This document shows, in pieces, positions 1-8,401 of a stretch of DNA of 64,000 nt. The position numbers and the translations under genes were made by a program. The notes under the pieces are model-generated. The model ran no database searches. It worked only from the letters and a program-made list of their open reading frames with translations, and was not told the origin of the DNA. The stretch comes from a virus (Duplodnaviria; Caudoviricetes). The stretch lies in the IMG/VR virus record IMGVR_UViG_2850126897_000005, positions 19,416-83,415 of that record. One strand, 5' to 3'. Position 1 is the stretch's first letter; the number at the start of each line of letters is the position of its first letter.

Positions 1-1
1 T

Positions 2-481
2 ATAGAACTAGATGGCGTTAAGAAAGTTAGCGTGGAGTTTGCTAATGGTTATTATGAATTACCAGAAGATTATAAAAAAGCCGTTGATAAATTTACTAGT
101 AAAAATGGAAAGGAAATACCTCGATGGACAAGTTTAAATATAGATAAAAGAGCTATTTTTCTTGATGAAAAGTCAGGGAAGAATCTGCTATTACATGTTC
201 TTATGATATATGGTGACGCGTCAGAAGCTTTACATGGTACCCTTTACGGGGCATTGTTTCATTTGGGAACCTATAATATTGGTTCAATACCAACAGATCA
301 AAATTCACTTGATGAACATAGAAACAGCGCATTATCTTTTTTATATTTCATGGCAAGCTCTGCTATTGGAACGTTATTTTTTGCTTTAAAGGATAATGGC
401 GTTGAAGTTAATGAGTCATATGAGCAGATGGAATCTAAATTTAAAAGTGTGACTATTAATACTGGTCTGGCTAAATCATAA
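2..481 (+). CDS. C-terminal part of an AT-rich cargo protein, possibly HEPN-like/DUF5677 (5' truncated by window edge)
   Basis: Frame is open from position 2 (IELDGVKKVSVEF...); YGDASEALHGT resembles the Y-x3-S-x3-H motif of HEPN-like helical families; family call is weak. Confidence 0.4.
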   Translation: MELDGVKKVSVEFANGYYELPEDYKKAVDKFTSKNGKEIPRWTSLNIDKRAIFLDEKSGKNLLLHVLMIYGDASEALHGTLYGALFHLGTYNIGSIPTDQNSLDEHRNSALSFLYFMASSAIGTLFFALKDNGVEVNESYEQMESKFKSVTINTGLAKS

Positions 482-491
482 TTAGGCTGAG

Positions 492-1202
492 GTGATTATG
501 GATGTTAATTGGATGAGTAAGTTTGATTGGGGTATTGCCATTGCAATTTTATCACTGTTATTTACTACAGTTGTTAGCTTTATTACAATCCGATATACAA
601 AAAAATCTTTAGAGTACACCAAAAAGTCTGTACAGATTGCAAATGATTCATTAGATGCAACGACAAAATCAGTTGTTACCTCGATCGAGATTTATGAACG
701 CCAAAAAAAAGACGATTTTGAAAAAGAAAATACAATAACAAGATCGGAGAAGAAAGCTTTGAATTATTTGATTTATACTGAAGCTAATGGTAATTTTATT
801 GTTTTTCAGCCTGTTTTCGATTTTTGTACTTTTATTAGAAGTAATAAAGTAAAATACTATTTATATAATAACAAGGGGAGCGAATCATTTTTAAAGTACG
901 CTGTAAATGATAATGAAGAGATTGCTTTCTTGTTTTCAAAACAATCTTTAGATGTAATAGATAAATATTTACTTGATACTGCCAGAGTAGACAGCATATT
1001 AGTTGAAAAGTTAGTTTTACTAAAAATTAGTACATTAACATATAATAACTCATTTATTATCGCCTTAGAAACCATGATGAAAGCTAATTTAGATAAAAAT
1101 GAATTAATGGATTTTATAAATAAGTGGATGGTGTTTGTTTCAGCATATAATAAACAATATAAAGATATAATAGACTATTGTAAGCTAAACATGAAATTGT
1201 GA
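492..1202 (+). CDS. Cargo protein: single N-terminal TM helix, heptad coiled coil, soluble domain
   Basis: Hydrophobic WGIAIAILSLLFTTVVSFITI followed by YTKKSLE-YTKKSVQ heptads; AT-rich; SD-like GAGGT upstream. Confidence 0.7.
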   Translation: MIMDVNWMSKFDWGIAIAILSLLFTTVVSFITIRYTKKSLEYTKKSVQIANDSLDATTKSVVTSIEIYERQKKDDFEKENTITRSEKKALNYLIYTEANGNFIVFQPVFDFCTFIRSNKVKYYLYNNKGSESFLKYAVNDNEEIAFLFSKQSLDVIDKYLLDTARVDSILVEKLVLLKISTLTYNNSFIIALETMMKANLDKNELMDFINKWMVFVSAYNKQYKDIIDYCKLNMKL

Positions 1203-1286
1203 TATGATTATATTTAATATATAATAGTTACACTATTGGTTTGAACACCCAATCTTAACACTTGCTGTGTCTACTGAGAGAAACGT

Positions 1287-1880
1287 ATGGCACAGCATAG
1301 CTTTATCAAAATGTCTAACGACACTCTTGTACCGGCTAATCCAGCGGCAAGGGATTTTTTGCATTCCAAAATCAAGTGTGGTGATGTGCTTTCGGCTGAT
1401 TTCAAGAAAGCTCGTAACCCTCGTTTTCACCGTAAATACTTCGCTTTACTCAATCTAGGGTATGAATACTGGGAACCAACCGGCGGTACCATTTCGCCTG
1501 AAGAAAAAGAATTGGTTCGTGGTTACGTTAAATTCCTTGCTTACTACACAGATAACGACGATGCCCTCCAATCCGCTGCAGATGTTTACTTAGACGATGT
1601 AGCACAGAAACGCGCTCACAATATTTCAGCGACCAAATCCTTTGATGCTTTCCGCTATTGGGTAGTAGAGCAATCAGGCCATTATGAAACTTTTGAAATG
1701 CCAGACGGTAGCCTACGCCGCGTGGCTAAATCAATCAGCTTTGCCAAAATGGATGACCTAGCCTTTGGCGAACTCTACAAATCCACACTTGATGTGCTCT
1801 GGAACTTCATTTTATTCCGCAAATTCCCCACTCAAGAAGCTGCTGAAAATGCGGCGGCTCAGTTATTAGATTTTACCTAG
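1287..1880 (+). CDS. DUF1367-family phage nin-region protein
   Basis: RNPRFHRKYFALLNLGYEYWEP and SISFAKMDD motifs; position before Ref-like gene and Q. Confidence 0.8.
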   Translation: MAQHSFIKMSNDTLVPANPAARDFLHSKIKCGDVLSADFKKARNPRFHRKYFALLNLGYEYWEPTGGTISPEEKELVRGYVKFLAYYTDNDDALQSAADVYLDDVAQKRAHNISATKSFDAFRYWVVEQSGHYETFEMPDGSLRRVAKSISFAKMDDLAFGELYKSTLDVLWNFILFRKFPTQEAAENAAAQLLDFT

Positions 1881-1891
1881 AGGCAAGACCA

Positions 1892-2206
1892 ATGACCAAG
1901 AAATCAAAGACCAAAGAAGATAAACAGTGGCTATCAGATGTGGCCGCACTTGGCTGTATCTGCTGCCGCAATATGGGATATGGCGCAACCCTCGCGGAAA
2001 TCCATCATGTAAGAACAGGGCAGGGAATGGCGCAGCGAGCTAGCCATAAAGACGTTTTACCGTTATGCCCACATCATCACAGGCCTAGTTATGACACTGG
2101 TTTTCATGCAGCGCCTAAAACATGGCAGGAAATTCACGGTACCGAAATCGAGTTACTGGAACAAACGAAAAGAGAAGTCATGGAGCTGCGCGCATGTCGA
2201 GTATAA
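1892..2206 (+). CDS. Ref-like HNH recombination-enhancement nuclease
   Basis: CICC...EIHH...LPLCPHHH zinc/HNH pattern; nin-region position. Confidence 0.75.
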   Translation: MTKKSKTKEDKQWLSDVAALGCICCRNMGYGATLAEIHHVRTGQGMAQRASHKDVLPLCPHHHRPSYDTGFHAAPKTWQEIHGTEIELLEQTKREVMELRACRV

Positions 2207-2727
2207 AAAGTATTTCTGATGGACTCGTACTCGGTGCAGAGCAAGAAGCTTGGTTGCAAGGTTGGCTATCCAAATTCGGTGCTTGGGTTTACAGTGGTAG
2301 ATTAGAAAAACGCCAAAGCAGTATCATTGCTGAATTTATGGCAACGGTAGAAAAACGTGATTATCCAGAAAGGGAAATGTGTAACGATGACGACGGAATG
2401 TTAATCACCAAGGTGGTTGATAAAATTTATCATATAGACCGAATTGCATTCACGTTATTGTTATTACGTTATGCCTTTGTGAGCTCTGACCGTGCCATTG
2501 CTCGTTATTATTATGGTATTGCACAGCCACGCCAGATGGTTCGTAGGAATCGTACGCTTGAATATCGAAAACCCTCGATGGCCACATGCCGCCGTGAGGT
2601 AAAAGAAATCATCCGTTCTGCAGAGTATTTAATTTACCCACATCTCTATAATGCATTTAAAATACGCGATAATGAGTGGAAAAAGAAAAATAATAGTAAG
2701 AACGTGTTGACTTCCTTGATCCAATGA
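2194..2727 (+). CDS. Q: Late antiterminator Q
   Basis: WLQGWLSKFGAWVY and MCNDDDGMLI motifs; last gene before a pR'-like promoter and terminator; start set at ATG 2194. Confidence 0.8.
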   Translation: MSSIKSISDGLVLGAEQEAWLQGWLSKFGAWVYSGRLEKRQSSIIAEFMATVEKRDYPEREMCNDDDGMLITKVVDKIYHIDRIAFTLLLLRYAFVSSDRAIARYYYGIAQPRQMVRRNRTLEYRKPSMATCRREVKEIIRSAEYLIYPHLYNAFKIRDNEWKKKNNSKNVLTSLIQ

Positions 2728-2735
2728 GCCACTAT
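2707..2735 (+). promoter_or_regulatory. pR'-like late promoter
   Basis: TTGACT-N17-CACTAT overlapping the end of Q, followed about 40 nt later by an intrinsic terminator. Confidence 0.55.
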
Positions 2736-2772
2736 TTCAAGGTAAGTTGCCATTTTAGTAACTTCACCAACT

Positions 2773-2798
2773 AACCCAGCCAATGCGCTGGGTTTTTT
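2773..2798 (+). terminator. Intrinsic terminator (tR'-like)
   Basis: AACCCAGC-caatgc-GCTGGGTT followed by T-tract. Confidence 0.8.
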
Positions 2799-2869
2799 GT
2801 TTTTATCTACAGACAAAAACTTATGCTTAAGTAAAATATAGTTTTAATATCTTACTTGAGGATGAGTTA

Positions 2870-3481
2870 ATGTCAGATTGTGTTGAAGGTACAATAGAAA
2901 AACTGCTATGTGATGTCTATAACGAAATGTTTTCTAAGAAAAAAGACCATTTCTTGTATTTTGCAGAAGAAGGTATTTCGTTTGAATTGTGGCTAACCAC
3001 TGAGTTAGCGATGTATTTTAGGAATGAGAAATATAACGTTGATTTCACACCAGGAGTGGTTATTAAAGAAGAGGTTGTTGGTGTTGAGAATCAAATTAAA
3101 ACTAAATATAGCTGTAGATACCTAGATTTATTTGTTTCAAACGAAATAGATCAGTGTGCAATTGAATTAAAAATAGCAACGCCTGCAACTCAATCAAAAT
3201 ATAATATTGCTTGTAGAAATGATATCACTAAGTTATCCAACATAAGTAAGATATCGACTAAAGCGAAGATTGCAGATTATAACAAAATGAAGAAGCTATT
3301 TGTTCTGGTTGTTGTTTCTAAGCGTAATGAAGTTGGATATAAGGCCAACTGGAATGAATGGCTAGATAAAATATACGAAGATTCAAATGAAAAAGCGGAA
3401 AGTTTAATTAAATATTCAGAGTTTTCAGAGAAAGATAATGAAGATTTAACAGCGGTGGTTTACCACAAATTTGTCAAATAA
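2870..3481 (+). CDS. PD-(D/E)XK restriction-endonuclease-like cargo protein
   Basis: E in N-terminal helix (FELWL), YLDLFV, AIELK and NDITKL; AT-rich insert. Confidence 0.6.
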   Translation: MSDCVEGTIEKLLCDVYNEMFSKKKDHFLYFAEEGISFELWLTTELAMYFRNEKYNVDFTPGVVIKEEVVGVENQIKTKYSCRYLDLFVSNEIDQCAIELKIATPATQSKYNIACRNDITKLSNISKISTKAKIADYNKMKKLFVLVVVSKRNEVGYKANWNEWLDKIYEDSNEKAESLIKYSEFSEKDNEDLTAVVYHKFVK

Positions 3482-3554
3482 AGCTTGCTGTCACCTTTGT
3501 TCAGAGTTACATGTGTGTTCACGACCAATAACTGACCAAAGGTATAGAAATATC

Positions 3555-3752
3555 ATGTTAAAACAGATTGATATGACAGAAGAGGCAAAAATTGTTTTAG
3601 AAGTTGTTCCACACTCCTGGTGGGCAACAATAGAAGAAATCTCAAGTTACACTGAATTAGCAAAATCACGCTGTCAGTTGATATTAACGCAACTAGCAAT
3701 GGCGGGATTTATCAAAGAAAACATCGAAGAAAATACATTTCAAAATATCTAG
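3555..3752 (+). CDS. Small winged-HTH (TrmB-like) phage protein
   Basis: MLKQIDMTEEAKIV...RCQLILTQLAMAG matches the small lambdoid gene usually upstream of the DNA methylase; start set at ATG 3555. Confidence 0.7.
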   Translation: MLKQIDMTEEAKIVLEVVPHSWWATIEEISSYTELAKSRCQLILTQLAMAGFIKENIEENTFQNI

Positions 3753-3761
3753 CACTGTGAA

Positions 3762-3811
3762 AATGGGCGGCTGGTGGGTGTTGGTAGCACCTTACCAGCC
3801 ATTCGCCCGTT
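3762..3811 (+). other. Nested RNA hairpin in the methylase leader
   Basis: AATGGGCG/CGCCCGTT, GCTGG/CCAGC and GGTG/CACC nested stems. Confidence 0.55.
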
Positions 3812-3895
3812 CAGATACGGATCACGGACAAACTAAAGCCCACTGCTTATGTGCACAAAGCAAGTGAAGCTTATCAAAAAAGGTTTCCCTGATCT

Positions 3896-4945
3896 ATGAA
3901 AAACACTGTGAATTTAAACAGTATCAATTTAGTCAATGACGACTCACTAAACTACATAAAAACACTTCCAGACAACTGTATTGATTTAATCGCAACTGAC
4001 CCGCCATACTTTCAAGTAAAGTCGTGCAGTTGGGATAATCAGTGGGAAAATGTCACGTCTTATCTATTATGGCTTGATGAAATGCTTGCGGAGTTTTGGC
4101 GCGTTCTGAAGCCGAATGGCAGCTTATATATGTTCTGCGGTTCAAAACTTGCAGCAGATACTGAGTTGTTATTGAGAGAACGCTTTAACGTCCTGAATCA
4201 TATCATATGGGCAAAACCATCAGGACCATGGCGTAGAGCATGTAAAGCTGACCTACGCAGTTTCTTTCCAAGTACTGAAAGAATTCTTTTCGCTGAACAT
4301 TATCAAGGCCCATACAAAGGCAAAAGTAGTGATTATTTACAGCAATGTAAGCAGCTAAAAGAAAACGTGCTCAAGCCTTTGATTGAGTATTTCAAGCAGT
4401 CGCGTGAATCGCTTGGGATAACAGCGAAAGAAATAAAGCAAGTAACCGGTAAGCAAATGGCGTCTCATTGGTTCAGCTACAGCCAATGGCAATTACCTAA
4501 TGAGTCTGATTACCAAAAGCTACAAGAATTATTTCGCCGTGTAGCAAGTGAAAAGCACAGTGAAAACCCGTTAAATCGAAGTCATTCAGATTTAGCAGAA
4601 ACTCAAGTAACACTTAACCGAGAATATCGAGAGCTTGCCGAGCAGTATCAACTGTTACGCCGTCCTTTCTCGGTTACTGTTGATGTTCCTTATACTGATG
4701 TTTGGACCTATCCGCCTGTGCAATATTACCCGGGTAAACACCCTTGCGAAAAGCCAGCCATGATGATGGAACACATTATTAATAGCAGTAGCCGAGAGGG
4801 TGATGTTGTTGCCGATTTCTTCATGGGCTCTGGCGCCACAATAAAAGCGGCATTAAAGCTTAATCGCAGTGTTGTCGGGGTAGAGCTTGAAACTGAGCGA
4901 TTTGAGCAAACAAGATTAGAGATCTGGAGGGATATTATTATCTAA
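3896..4945 (+). CDS. Phage N6-adenine/N4-cytosine DNA methyltransferase (beta class)
   Basis: DPPY catalytic motif near the N-terminus; HPCEKP and DFFMGSG SAM-binding motif near the C-terminus. Confidence 0.92.
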   Translation: MKNTVNLNSINLVNDDSLNYIKTLPDNCIDLIATDPPYFQVKSCSWDNQWENVTSYLLWLDEMLAEFWRVLKPNGSLYMFCGSKLAADTELLLRERFNVLNHIIWAKPSGPWRRACKADLRSFFPSTERILFAEHYQGPYKGKSSDYLQQCKQLKENVLKPLIEYFKQSRESLGITAKEIKQVTGKQMASHWFSYSQWQLPNESDYQKLQELFRRVASEKHSENPLNRSHSDLAETQVTLNREYRELAEQYQLLRRPFSVTVDVPYTDVWTYPPVQYYPGKHPCEKPAMMMEHIINSSSREGDVVADFFMGSGATIKAALKLNRSVVGVELETERFEQTRLEIWRDIII

Positions 4946-5044
4946 TTCATAGGATCTTGCATTATATCTTGAAATCTTCCATCGTAGCAAAATTTAAGAT
5001 AAGGATTATAATAGAATAAATATTTTTCGCTGAATGGATTTATT

Positions 5045-5425
5045 ATGGAAATCACAACTGAAAAAGAGTTGGCTCAAGCTCTTAAAGGAAATATTGATAC
5101 AATCACAGTGACTGGTAATCTAGCTAAAGCCACCATTAAAATTAAGGCAACAGGGAGTGTTGCATGGGCAGTTGCTTTTGGGGCAATCGGTATCGCTGCA
5201 TTTGCTACATATGCTACAGTGGGAACAGGAGGAGCCGCTACTCCTGTCACTGGGTTTGCTGCTATTGGTGGTTCTGGCGCAGCAGTAGGGATATTAGGTA
5301 CAGCAACCACATGGAGCGCAATATCTATTGCTGTTGCTGCTGGTGGTGTAGGTGTTTTAAACAAACTAAGAAAATATAAAATAGTTGAAAAAACGGGTGA
5401 TAGGATTGTACTTAAAAGAAAGTAA
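5045..5425 (+). CDS. Gly/Ala-rich hydrophobic cargo protein (glycine-zipper-like)
   Basis: Long small-residue hydrophobic core between charged termini; perfect TATAAT at 5007-5012 upstream and terminator downstream. Confidence 0.7.
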   Translation: MEITTEKELAQALKGNIDTITVTGNLAKATIKIKATGSVAWAVAFGAIGIAAFATYATVGTGGAATPVTGFAAIGGSGAAVGILGTATTWSAISIAVAAGGVGVLNKLRKYKIVEKTGDRIVLKRK

Positions 5426-5443
5426 TTCTATTACGATTAGAAA

Positions 5444-5470
5444 GGGCTGCGCAATTGCGTGGCCTTTTTT
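5444..5470 (+). terminator. Intrinsic terminator
   Basis: GGCTGCGC-aatt-GCGTGGCC followed by T6. Confidence 0.65.
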
Positions 5471-5508
5471 ATTAACTCAATCTCGGGCACTCCGTAGGGG
5501 GTGAAATC

Positions 5509-5778
5509 ATGCGTATGGATAAATATAGCAACGCAGCCTACGGTAGTGCTGGGCTTACAGCATTCTTTGCGAGCTTATCGCTTTATGAATGGGGCTTTAT
5601 TATTGGGATGGCGTTCAGCATCATTCTTGGTCTCGCTACTTTCTTTATGAATCGACGAGAGCAACGAAAGCGAACACGTTTATTTGAAGAACTCGTTAAT
5701 AAAACCGACCCACAGAACCCTTCAGCTACTGCACGAAAAGCCGCCGAACTTATGGCGAAAGCACCTAAGGATATCTAA
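5509..5778 (+). CDS. Holin with Met-Arg-Met dual start
   Basis: Small protein with TM segments and basic C-terminus directly before lysozyme; begins MRM. Confidence 0.85.
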   Translation: MRMDKYSNAAYGSAGLTAFFASLSLYEWGFIIGMAFSIILGLATFFMNRREQRKRTRLFEELVNKTDPQNPSATARKAAELMAKAPKDI

Positions 5779-6248
5779 TGTCACTTAAACAAAAATTAAC
5801 TGTGCTTGTTGGCGCAGGGGCTTCGGCTATCGCTTTAACAGTGATTGCACATTTTGAAGGTGTTAGATATGAACCTTATGAAGATGTGGGAGGGGTATTA
5901 ACGGTCTGCTATGGCCATACGGGAAAAGACATTGTCCCTAATAAAGTTTATTCAAATGAAGAATGCAACGAGCTGTTAGAGCTAGATTTTATGAGAACTA
6001 AACTGCAGGTCGATCGCCTGGTTAAAGTTCCTGTTGATGAACATACAAAAGCCGCTCTTTATTCATTTGCTTTTAACGTTGGTACCGGGGCATTCGCTAA
6101 GTCGACAATGCTAAAAAAGCTAAATGCAGGCGACCAATACGGAGCTTGTGAAGAATTGAAAAAATGGGTTTACGCTGGTGGAAAGGTATGGCGTGGACTA
6201 GTTAATCGCAGAGAAGCGGAGGCGGCAATATGCCATGGAAATCTATAG
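5778..6248 (+). CDS. SAR endolysin, GH24 lysozyme
   Basis: N-terminal Gly/Ala-rich SAR segment, then HFEG...YEDVGGVLTVCYGHT catalytic motif. Confidence 0.93.
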   Translation: MSLKQKLTVLVGAGASAIALTVIAHFEGVRYEPYEDVGGVLTVCYGHTGKDIVPNKVYSNEECNELLELDFMRTKLQVDRLVKVPVDEHTKAALYSFAFNVGTGAFAKSTMLKKLNAGDQYGACEELKKWVYAGGKVWRGLVNRREAEAAICHGNL

Positions 6249-6403
6249 TGGTTGTAATTTGCTTTATGCTACTCGCGATATCAATTATTGCTTTTGGCGC
6301 TTACCGTTTGACAGATAACACATGCGGCATTGATAAGGCCAGTTTAGAAAAGCGCTGCCAGAAAGCTATCGATCACTACAAAGGTCAGCAAGTTAATTTT
6401 TAA
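6230..6403 (+). CDS. 57-aa single-TM protein between endolysin and Rz (absent from ORF track)
   Basis: GGAGG SD; MPWKSIVVVICFMLLAISIIAFGAYRLTDNTCGIDKASLEKRCQKAIDHYKGQQVNF read by hand. Confidence 0.65.
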   Translation: MPWKSIVVVICFMLLAISIIAFGAYRLTDNTCGIDKASLEKRCQKAIDHYKGQQVNF

Positions 6404-6423
6404 TCTTCTATATGGTAATCACC

Positions 6424-6873
6424 ATGAATACAGTCAGAGTCGCGTTATTTATCGCTGCGTGGGTGGCCATATGGGGAATGTGGAAACAACATGAAAGGAT
6501 AGGTGAGCTAAACACCAAGAATACCGAACTACTCGTTGAGCTGACAGAGCAAGTCAAAATCAATGAAGATTATCAAGAGCGCGTCCAATCCCTTCATAAA
6601 CTTGATACTAAACATACTCAAGAGCTAACAAATGCAAAAGCTGAAATTGATAAGTTGCGTATTGCTGCTGAGCGCAATCCTGAGCGGGTGTACATCAGAG
6701 CCAGTTGCCCGAAAGGCGAAACCAATTCCACCTCCGGCTTGGATGATGGAACAGCCGCCCGACCTACTGAGTCCGCTATCCGAAATTATTGGTTACTCAG
6801 ACAACGAATTGCAGAGTCAGAGCAAATGATCAAGGGGCTGCAGGAATATATCGCCTCAACTTGCATGCAATAA
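6424..6873 (+). CDS. Rz: i-spanin
   Basis: N-terminal TM, coiled-coil periplasmic domain, embedded Rz1. Confidence 0.88.
   Translation: MNTVRVALFIAAWVAIWGMWKQHERIGELNTKNTELLVELTEQVKINEDYQERVQSLHKLDTKHTQELTNAKAEIDKLRIAAERNPERVYIRASCPKGETNSTSGLDDGTAARPTESAIRNYWLLRQRIAESEQMIKGLQEYIASTCMQ
6632..6829 (+). CDS. Rz1: o-spanin lipoprotein embedded in Rz
   Basis: Lipobox LSGC and Pro-rich mature part, in a shifted frame inside Rz. Confidence 0.88.
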   Translation: MQKLKLISCVLLLSAILSGCTSEPVARKAKPIPPPAWMMEQPPDLLSPLSEIIGYSDNELQSQSK

Positions 6874-6933
6874 AAAAGGCTATGTTATTATCTCTGGGTT
6901 AATTACATAATTCTGAGGTTAATAAGATAAGTT

Positions 6934-7236
6934 ATGACTGCTGAACTAATTTGCAAAACTATTGGTGCTATTTTAGGGGGGAGTGGTTCGATACTGATTG
7001 CATGGAGAGCCTACAATATACTTAAATGGATAAAAAATACTGTAGATAGTCACGAGTTATCGCTAATAGCAATTACTCAGGTTATTAACCGAGAACCGCA
7101 AACCGTACCTATGATAACCGGCATGACGACACATCTGGATAACTATGAAAAAGGATGGGGGATTAAGTTATTTGTTATAGGATTTATTATGATAATTCTA
7201 GGGGTTATTTTTACTGTAATCTCATTTTGGTTATAA
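6934..7236 (+). CDS. 100-aa two-TM cargo protein
   Basis: Hydrophobic N- and C-terminal segments; AT-rich; followed by terminator. Confidence 0.6.
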   Translation: MTAELICKTIGAILGGSGSILIAWRAYNILKWIKNTVDSHELSLIAITQVINREPQTVPMITGMTTHLDNYEKGWGIKLFVIGFIMIILGVIFTVISFWL

Positions 7237-7263
7237 CAGGTTGTAATTTATAAACCCATTACA

Positions 7264-7288
7264 AAGCCTACTTTCGAGTGGGCTTTTT
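7264..7288 (+). terminator. Intrinsic terminator
   Basis: AAGCCTACT-TTCG-AGTGGGCTT followed by TTT. Confidence 0.8.
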
Positions 7289-7311
7289 AATAGGTTAAGG
7301 AGATAAACACG

Positions 7312-8334
7312 ATGGCTAAACCGGATTGGGGGACGCTACAGCAACAGTTCCTCACCGAACATGCTAAATCAGGAATATCCCCTAAAGAGTGGTGTGAAGA
7401 CCAGGGACTTAATTACGCAACAGCAAGGCGATATATTAAAAGGCCAGCTGCGCAATCTGCACAAAAAACTGCGCAAAAGAAATTGCGCACTGCGCACGAT
7501 AAAGAATGCGCGAAAGAGCCTATGTGTAATGGTCCTATACCAACTGCGCAAATTAGCGAACAAGATAATGCGCACGATGATGAAAACACATTTAACCTGC
7601 GCAACTACGGGCTTAACGATATGCAGTTCAGATTCGTCAATGAGTATCTTGTCGATTTAAATCGGACGGCAGCTTATAAGAGAGCCGGTGGAAATGGCGA
7701 AGGTAATACTGCTTATGTTGGCGCTAGTCGGATGTACAGAAATGCTAAGGTCAATCGCGCAATTACAGACGCATTAGCGGATAGAGAACGCAGAACTCAA
7801 ATTACCCAAGATGCCGTATTGAAAATGTGGTGGGATATTGCGACCGCAGACGTTAATGAACTAACTGAATATCGTCGATTATGTTGTCGTCATTGTTGGG
7901 GCTTTGGATTTAATTATCAGTGGCGTGATGCGGTTGAATATGATGATGCAGTGAAAAAAGCCATGGCAGCAAGTAAACCACCTCCGCAAGATGTGGGTGG
8001 TTACGGTTACGATGACACATTAGACCCTAACCCTGATTGCCCTCGATGTAATGGCACGGGTATTGGCCGTGCGTATTTTCATGATACGCGTGACTTAACT
8101 GGTGCGGCTCGTCGTTTATTCGCTGGTGTGAAAGAGGGTAAGTTTGGTGTAGAGATGATCACTCGTAATCAAGACGATGCGCTTAAAATGGTCGCACAAC
8201 ATTTAGGAATGGTTAAGAACAAGACTGAGATAACTGGTGCTGATGGTGGACCCATTCAATCAACAGGGATAGACCTTAGTCATTTGAGTTTTGAGCAGCT
8301 TTTGCAATTGAGAAGCAAAAATAAGAAATATTAA
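7312..8334 (+). CDS. terS: Terminase small subunit
   Basis: N-terminal HTH (MAKPDWG...LNYATARRYI), FVNEYLVDLNRTAAYKRAG core, CCRHCWG/CPRCNG zinc motif. Confidence 0.85.
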   Translation: MAKPDWGTLQQQFLTEHAKSGISPKEWCEDQGLNYATARRYIKRPAAQSAQKTAQKKLRTAHDKECAKEPMCNGPIPTAQISEQDNAHDDENTFNLRNYGLNDMQFRFVNEYLVDLNRTAAYKRAGGNGEGNTAYVGASRMYRNAKVNRAITDALADRERRTQITQDAVLKMWWDIATADVNELTEYRRLCCRHCWGFGFNYQWRDAVEYDDAVKKAMAASKPPPQDVGGYGYDDTLDPNPDCPRCNGTGIGRAYFHDTRDLTGAARRLFAGVKEGKFGVEMITRNQDDALKMVAQHLGMVKNKTEITGADGGPIQSTGIDLSHLSFEQLLQLRSKNKKY

Positions 8335-8340
8335 TATAAT

Positions 8341-8369
8341 TTGCATATTTATCAACTAGGTATTATAAA
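8341..8369 (+). promoter_or_regulatory. Putative sigma70 promoter of the FRG gene
   Basis: TTGCAT-N17-TATAAA. Confidence 0.5.
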
Positions 8370-8401
8370 TTACATTCTAAATTTTTAATAGGCTAAATTC
8401 A

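Noticed and set aside
2870-4945. Confident type II restriction-modification system
   Set aside because: The methylase and its wHTH neighbour are a common solitary lambdoid module; nothing in the sequence shows it protects against the nuclease.
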